NCBI GenBank assembly: GCA_048886185.1
Contig: JBHLKY010000013.1
Location: 82,687 to 114,686, forward strand
DNA: 32,000 nt
Source of the DNA: Candidatus Hermodarchaeota archaeon
GTDB lineage: Archaea > Asgardarchaeota > Heimdallarchaeia > Hodarchaeales > Hodarchaeaceae
Direction of reading: 5' to 3'
Under the pieces are notes generated by a model. It was not told the origin of the DNA. It worked only from the letters and a program-made list of their open reading frames with translations, and did not search any database. A program made the position numbers and the translations under genes. Of this stretch, positions 27,141 through 32,000 are shown in pieces; position 1 is the first letter of the stretch, and each line of letters opens with the position of its first letter.

Positions 27141-27173
27141 GAAATTAGTGCTAACAGGTTAGATCGATAGAAA

Positions 27174-28262
27174 ATGGAAGAATTAAATGTGAAAATTAAG
27201 TTTGAATCAATACCTGAGGTCGAATTAAAACCCAAATTTAAGTCAGAAGCCAATTTAGGATTTGGAAAGCTTTTTACTGATAGAATGTTGGTCATAGAAT
27301 ATAAAAATGGGAACTGGGGAACTCCCACGATAAAGAAATACGCCCCGATAGTAATTGATCCCTCTGCAATCGTTTTACACTATGCTCAAGAAATTTTTGA
27401 AGGACAGAAAGCATTTAGTACTCCAGATGGACACATTAACTTGTTTCGTCCAGAACGTAATGCTATTCGCTTTAATTCTTCTGCTAGAAGAATGATGATG
27501 CCAGAACTAGATCCAGAAGTTTACTTAGCCGGATTGAAAGAATTAATAAAAGTCGAGAAAGATTGGGCTCCAAAATCTCCTGGTACCTCATTATACATAA
27601 GGCCAACAATGATTGGAACAGAACCAGGCTTAGGTGTAAGACCCTCGAAAGATTATCTCTTCTATATCATTCTCTCACCCTCCGGACCATATTTTCCCGA
27701 GGGATTTCAGTGTGTCAGAATTTTCGTCAGCGAATTCTACATACGAGCTGCTCCTGGTGGTACAGGTAGTGCAAAAACAGGAGGAAATTATGCAGCTAGC
27801 TTACTAGTGGGCAGGGAAGCTGAAAAATATGGGTGTAGTCAAGTATTATGGCTCGATGCAAATTATAAGAAGTATGTAGAAGAAGTTGGTGCTAGCAATA
27901 TCTTCTTTGTTTATGAGGATATCATTTACACAGCACCATTGACCTCTGGTACAATATTACCAGGAGTGACAAGGGATAGTACAATTCGATTAGCGAAAGA
28001 TGGGGGGATGACTGTAAAAGAAGAAGCACTTTCAATAGATGACATTATTGAAGGTATTCATACTGGAAAAATATCTGAAGTATTTATGAGTGGAACTGCT
28101 GCCTCAATTGCACCAGTTGGTAGTCTTTATTATCAAAATGAAGAACATATTATAAACAACTTTGAGATTGGCGATATTTCCAGAAAGCTGTATCGGCAAC
28201 TGATAGATATCCAATACGGACGGGTGGAGGATCCATACAACTGGATCGTAAGAGTAATATGA
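27174..28262 (+). CDS. ilvE: Branched-chain amino acid aminotransferase (longer, group II type)
   Basis: Motifs LHYAQEIFEG.KA, LFRPE.N, LYIRP, AKTGGNYAASL (PLP Lys), EEVGASNIF and ILPGVTRDS. Confidence 0.95.
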   Translation: MEELNVKIKFESIPEVELKPKFKSEANLGFGKLFTDRMLVIEYKNGNWGTPTIKKYAPIVIDPSAIVLHYAQEIFEGQKAFSTPDGHINLFRPERNAIRFNSSARRMMMPELDPEVYLAGLKELIKVEKDWAPKSPGTSLYIRPTMIGTEPGLGVRPSKDYLFYIILSPSGPYFPEGFQCVRIFVSEFYIRAAPGGTGSAKTGGNYAASLLVGREAEKYGCSQVLWLDANYKKYVEEVGASNIFFVYEDIIYTAPLTSGTILPGVTRDSTIRLAKDGGMTVKEEALSIDDIIEGIHTGKISEVFMSGTAASIAPVGSLYYQNEEHIINNFEIGDISRKLYRQLIDIQYGRVEDPYNWIVRVI

Positions 28263-28368
28263 TGTCATTTCAGTTACATATCAGTTCTAAAGACGCTTCT
28301 TACAAGAAAAGTTTTCTTAGTCTTAACCTAAAATCCTTTATATTAGTAATATCGTTAACAACTGATCA

Positions 28369-29016
28369 ATGACGAATACATTAATAGAATCTCATCCTGA
28401 AAAAATACAGATAATTCAACGAGGAAATAAGCTACAGAGTGTTTTTTTTATTGTAATGGGTTGTTTCTTTCAGTTATTATTTGTATGGGCTTATTGGAGT
28501 TTTCTGGACGCAACTGGGCCTTGGGCTTTTTTTTGGCTTGGTCTGATAAATAGTGATTATTTTCCTTTCATTTCATTGCTATTCTTATTTGGTGGAGGCT
28601 GTTTTTTAATTGCAATAAAGGAAGGGGCTTGGATTGAGAGTTGGATTATTAAGAAGGAATTATCACCAAAGATACCAGAGGTTCAAAAAAAATGGCAACT
28701 TTTTAAGTGGTCTGGGGTGAAGACTATTCCGAAGGATCAAATTCGGTCTATTAGGGTTCATACAATTCCATTAGATACGTTGAAAATCCTTAATCGTTAT
28801 CAGCTTGAAATAGATTGCCAAGGTACTAGTAATTCATCCGCAGAAACTCATGTTCTTTATTCAGATGATAGTAAATTAGCAGGTGCCACAATTATACAAT
28901 TAGCTCATCAAATTCAGGAGATTCTAAATCTAACCAAAGGGATCGAACAAATAGAGGCCCCATATCCAGCTTTAGTAAGATCTAAGAATTTCAAAGAAAA
29001 AAAGGGGGAAGGATAA
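28369..29016 (+). CDS. Hypothetical membrane protein (two N-terminal TM helices, soluble beta-rich C-terminal domain)
   Basis: 215-aa ORF with two clear hydrophobic segments. No family recognised. Confidence 0.7.
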   Translation: MTNTLIESHPEKIQIIQRGNKLQSVFFIVMGCFFQLLFVWAYWSFLDATGPWAFFWLGLINSDYFPFISLLFLFGGGCFLIAIKEGAWIESWIIKKELSPKIPEVQKKWQLFKWSGVKTIPKDQIRSIRVHTIPLDTLKILNRYQLEIDCQGTSNSSAETHVLYSDDSKLAGATIIQLAHQIQEILNLTKGIEQIEAPYPALVRSKNFKEKKGEG

Positions 29017-29036
29017 GATTAAAATCCTTTTTACTG

Positions 29037-30479
29037 TTAGAAATATTGAGTAGGGTCTCTCATACCTCGTTTTCTTCTATCCATACTAGCTAAAGCCTTG
29101 AATTCAGTACGAAGCTCTGCGGGTAGACGACTTGGTTTTTTGTAACCTTCAATAGTATCTTTTGCATAGGAATAAAGGAAAGAACGGAAAGCTACTTTCA
29201 TAGGCATAGTAACAACATTGTATGGTAAACTTCCTAGAAAGAGGAATATGAAAGCAAAAAGAATACCAAAGCCGATATCTTGGCTAACCGCGAATCCCAA
29301 ACCAAATCCAGCCAAGATCCATATTAGAGAATTAATTATGGCAAATATGAATGTTGTAAGTCCGAATCCTGACTCTCCTACTAATACATCTAATAATGAA
29401 TTCCAGGTTGTTTTTGCTGAATCTTTAATAGAATCTTTTAATCCTCGCTTATTTTGAACAATTGATATTAGAGTAAAATAATTCATAAACATCCAGATTG
29501 CGCCAAGTATTGAAATAAATAAACCCGCAATAGCACCACCAATAATTCCAGCGATAATTGCCCCACCACCATATTGTCTATCAGTGGCTCTTGCTTGACT
29601 TCTTCCAGCTGACGTAACTATTTGCATAATTATCTTAACAGTCGCCATTGCAAAAGCAAATTTGATGATTATAGGAAATACCTTACGTACATCTTTCATT
29701 GCAGAGTTTAAGTCTGGATCTAAGCCTCGATACCAATCACTGGCATAAGAAATCACTCCAGCAGAGAGACTGTAATATACCCCCAAATATACAATTAAGT
29801 AGATGTATTCGAATAAAATGGCAGAAATATAACCAGGAGGAGTAAGTTCAGTTTCACCCATAGCATTCTCTATAGTAAAAAGACTAAGGATTTCGAGGAA
29901 ACCAAATAGCATGAAAAAGCCTGTAATGATAGTGTATATACCTAGAAGGATAGGCATCGCAATTACAGCTTTTTCATCTAGCACAAGTTGAGCAGAAAAT
30001 TCAACAAATTGTCCAGATCTTTTGATTAAAGTAAATTTCCAAATAACAAAAATGAAGAACAAAACTCCAAGGCCTGCGATAATTATTCCTAATAAACCCA
30101 TGTCTGGATCAGAAATAAATATCAAAGCGCCAATTGTTATCATGAGTAAAGGAAATAGAATGCTAACCGCGATTGTGACTTCTTGAGCAAGTTTGCTCAT
30201 AATCCAGACAATAACATATGCCAATATGATTGTAATAAACAAAAAGATTGCAGCAAAAGCGATTAAAAGAGGCAAGAAGGGCATAGTAACTGGGATTACA
30301 GTATAAAAGACCTCTGAAATAGACTCTAGTGTTTCAGTATTTTCAGGGGCAAATATAAAGTGCACAAAAGAGTATGCTCCAAAAGTGTAAAGAATTACTA
30401 CTATAACCAAATATAACCATGCTGGTATACTGGAAAAATCTGTTTTTATGTCAGGTTTTGTATATTTAGATACACTCAC
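29037..30479 (-). CDS. Multi-pass membrane protein, probable CTL/SLC44 (choline transporter-like, Pns1)/DUF6159-related
   Basis: About 10 TM helices with CTL-like landmarks SAGVISYASDWY, MNYFTLISIVQNKRGLKDSIKDS and AFRSFLYSYAKD. GTG start 6 nt after GGTGA. Confidence 0.6.
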   Translation of the reverse strand: MSVSKYTKPDIKTDFSSIPAWLYLVIVVILYTFGAYSFVHFIFAPENTETLESISEVFYTVIPVTMPFLPLLIAFAAIFLFITIILAYVIVWIMSKLAQEVTIAVSILFPLLMITIGALIFISDPDMGLLGIIIAGLGVLFFIFVIWKFTLIKRSGQFVEFSAQLVLDEKAVIAMPILLGIYTIITGFFMLFGFLEILSLFTIENAMGETELTPPGYISAILFEYIYLIVYLGVYYSLSAGVISYASDWYRGLDPDLNSAMKDVRKVFPIIIKFAFAMATVKIIMQIVTSAGRSQARATDRQYGGGAIIAGIIGGAIAGLFISILGAIWMFMNYFTLISIVQNKRGLKDSIKDSAKTTWNSLLDVLVGESGFGLTTFIFAIINSLIWILAGFGLGFAVSQDIGFGILFAFIFLFLGSLPYNVVTMPMKVAFRSFLYSYAKDTIEGYKKPSRLPAELRTEFKALASMDRRKRGMRDPTQYF

Positions 30480-30652
30480 ATGAGTTCACCTTTAAAGGTT
30501 TTTTTATCAGCATTTATAATTTTCAAAATTAGACGGGGACTGTTGACTTTGTGTTATCAAACTAGCTATAAATTATAGTTTATTATAAAAGATTAACCCT
30601 TATGATTATGAAGAAGAATTCCTGATGAGATTCTACTCAAGAAGAAGACCTT

Positions 30653-31543
30653 CTATTTAGCAGCTTCAAACTTTATTATAGATGAAACTGATACATCTAA
30701 GAATTTTCTTTCAAAGGTCGTTGAAAGGGCACACCTTCCTCGTAATCCAGTACAATGGCAAGGAGCCATAATTCTTATTGGGTATTTCTTTAATTCCTTA
30801 ACTGTTCTAGATAAGCGGTCATCTGAGGCGTCATGCAAATGCAAGCCCCCCACGACTCCAACAATGCTATTAGAATCAGTTAATTCTATTACTTTTTCTA
30901 TTGTGTTCACAATCCCTGAATGACAACACCCTCCAAGAATCACAACAGAATCATCAGCCATGTGAAAAACAAGAGATAAGTCGTCTTCGAGGGTATCTGG
31001 AATATTTTTACCGTCCTTAACAGTTGTAACCTTAGTGAGGTCACCTGATAATAATTCATAATTGTTTTTGTGAGGAACTTCACCTGTTGTCATAATAGAT
31101 TCAGTTAATCTGTATGGACTGGTCATTGTTATCAGATCGGTTTGGTTCTTCAGATCTTCTACTGATTCAAAAAAACCTTGAATTCCTACATCTGTAGTCT
31201 TTCCTTTGTCAATAAAAATTTTAGGTGAAAGAGTCTGAGGATGAGCTATAGTTGTTGTTCGTCTTTTCGCTAAACTTATGGCTTCTTTTAACCCTCCAAC
31301 ATGATCCCAGTGGCCATGACTCAGAACAATGGCATTTACATCCGTAAGATCAATTTTAAGTTTTTTTATATTATTGATAAAGGCAATAGGAGATGGACCT
31401 GTATCAAACAGGATCTTTATCTCTGGAGATGAATCTATAGAAGAGGCTTTTACAATTGCTGAAAAACCATTCTCACCAAGGGTTCCAGCTGGTCCTGCAA
31501 TATTTTCAACTAATATTTGGATTTCCAAAGTTTGAATACTCAT
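30653..31543 (-). CDS. MBL-fold metallo-hydrolase (COG1237-like)
   Basis: Motifs ILVEN, ILFDTG, LSHGHWDHVGG, GGCCHSG, GGLHL and PCHCTG. Confidence 0.92.
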   Translation of the reverse strand: MSIQTLEIQILVENIAGPAGTLGENGFSAIVKASSIDSSPEIKILFDTGPSPIAFINNIKKLKIDLTDVNAIVLSHGHWDHVGGLKEAISLAKRRTTTIAHPQTLSPKIFIDKGKTTDVGIQGFFESVEDLKNQTDLITMTSPYRLTESIMTTGEVPHKNNYELLSGDLTKVTTVKDGKNIPDTLEDDLSLVFHMADDSVVILGGCCHSGIVNTIEKVIELTDSNSIVGVVGGLHLHDASDDRLSRTVKELKKYPIRIMAPCHCTGLRGRCALSTTFERKFLDVSVSSIIKFEAAK

Positions 31544-31572
31544 ATGAATCCCTCAATTGTTTCTAGACTTTA

Positions 31573-31584
31573 TTTTATATAAAA
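31573..31584 (-). promoter_or_regulatory. Candidate TATA box for the MBL-fold gene
   Basis: Palindromic TTTTATATAAAA about 30 nt upstream of the ATG at 31543. Confidence 0.4.
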
Positions 31585-31614
31585 ATGGGGTATTGGAGCT
31601 TAACAGGGTTGGAA

Positions 31615-32000
31615 TCATCCTGTTTTACCGAAAATGACCACAATTGGGTAATTCTTGAGAGCCCCGAGACCGTGGATAAAAAAACTAGCAATTAAGTAAT
31701 AAATGACTATTTTTTGCATTATTACTCTAAGTAGTAATGAAATATCAGTATATTCTTCAGGAAATAATGTAGTAATTAACGTTACTAATCCATAAAAAGC
31801 AATGAGACAGCTAAAAACTAGAAAAATAAGATAATAAAATCTAGGGGTAGCCAATCGATTTTTAAACAATGAATACAGTAAACACGATACAATAAAAGAT
31901 AGTACAAATGTAATAAAAACAATTAAATCATGTATTACAGGGAAGAGGTTTGCAGGAGTTAAAGCAATACAACCAAATAGTGCAGCATTCAATATACCTA
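31615..32000 (-). CDS. Membrane protein, DUF998-like, 3' part (5' end outside the window)
   Basis: The frame is open to the window edge (..GILNAALFGCIALTPANLFPVIHDLIVFITF..). The G..P.N..P..H pattern and four TM segments resemble DUF998. Confidence 0.6.
   Translation of the reverse strand, partial: GILNAALFGCIALTPANLFPVIHDLIVFITFVLSFIVSCLLYSLFKNRLATPRFYYLIFLVFSCLIAFYGLVTLITTLFPEEYTDISLLLRVIMQKIVIYYLIASFFIHGLGALKNYPIVVIFGKTG

Noticed and set aside
150-29457. Short alternative-frame ORFs in the track (e.g. 150..407, 834..1037, 1244..1489, 3966..4202, 9079..9291, 9110..9469, 11161..11547, 13097..13318, 16421..16669, 17531..17812, 23812..24009, 27563..27769, 29218..29457)
   Set aside because: All overlap well-supported genes antisense or out of frame, have no recognisable motifs and lack SD sites. 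They are shadow ORFs.
1-32000. Selenoprotein read-through (Asgard archaea can use Sec)
   Set aside because: The TGA-ending ORFs checked (lhr, nadE-like, trpS) hit another stop within a few codons, no TGA sits at a Cys-equivalent catalytic position, and no SECIS-like element was identified.
1-32000. CRISPR array, IS element, integrase or prophage
   Set aside because: No regularly spaced direct repeats, terminal inverted repeats, or transposase/integrase/capsid motifs were seen.

Overview
AT-rich, gene-dense archaeal chromosomal window. It is most likely from an Asgard archaeon (Heimdallarchaeia/Hodarchaeales-like). This is inferred from the archaeal-type TrpRS, archaemetzincin, the COG2413/COG1407/Lhr cluster, GGAGGTGA-type ribosome-binding sites and a stand-alone longin-like protein. 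About 29 CDS are present: an ABC-2-type exporter, a nucleotidyltransferase + metallophosphoesterase + Lhr helicase cluster, a strongly diverged NadE-like protein, a run of peptidases/amidohydrolases, several oxidoreductases, trpS, ilvE and several membrane proteins. No rRNA, intact tRNA, CRISPR array or mobile element is visible. The best candidate for an undescribed system is the operon at 23397-27129. It encodes a multi-cluster Fe-S protein, then a membrane-anchored tandem SagB-type nitroreductase (apparently one complete FMN site built from complementary half-sites) fused to a di-haem cytochrome-b-like membrane domain, then a lipase-like hydrolase. Other notable points are a probable CTL/SLC44 (choline-transporter-like) homologue, a GDT1/TMEM165 protein with a 4-Cys loop, and a probable non-canonical start codon in the ABC operon. 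All family calls come from motif recognition by eye; no database search was run.
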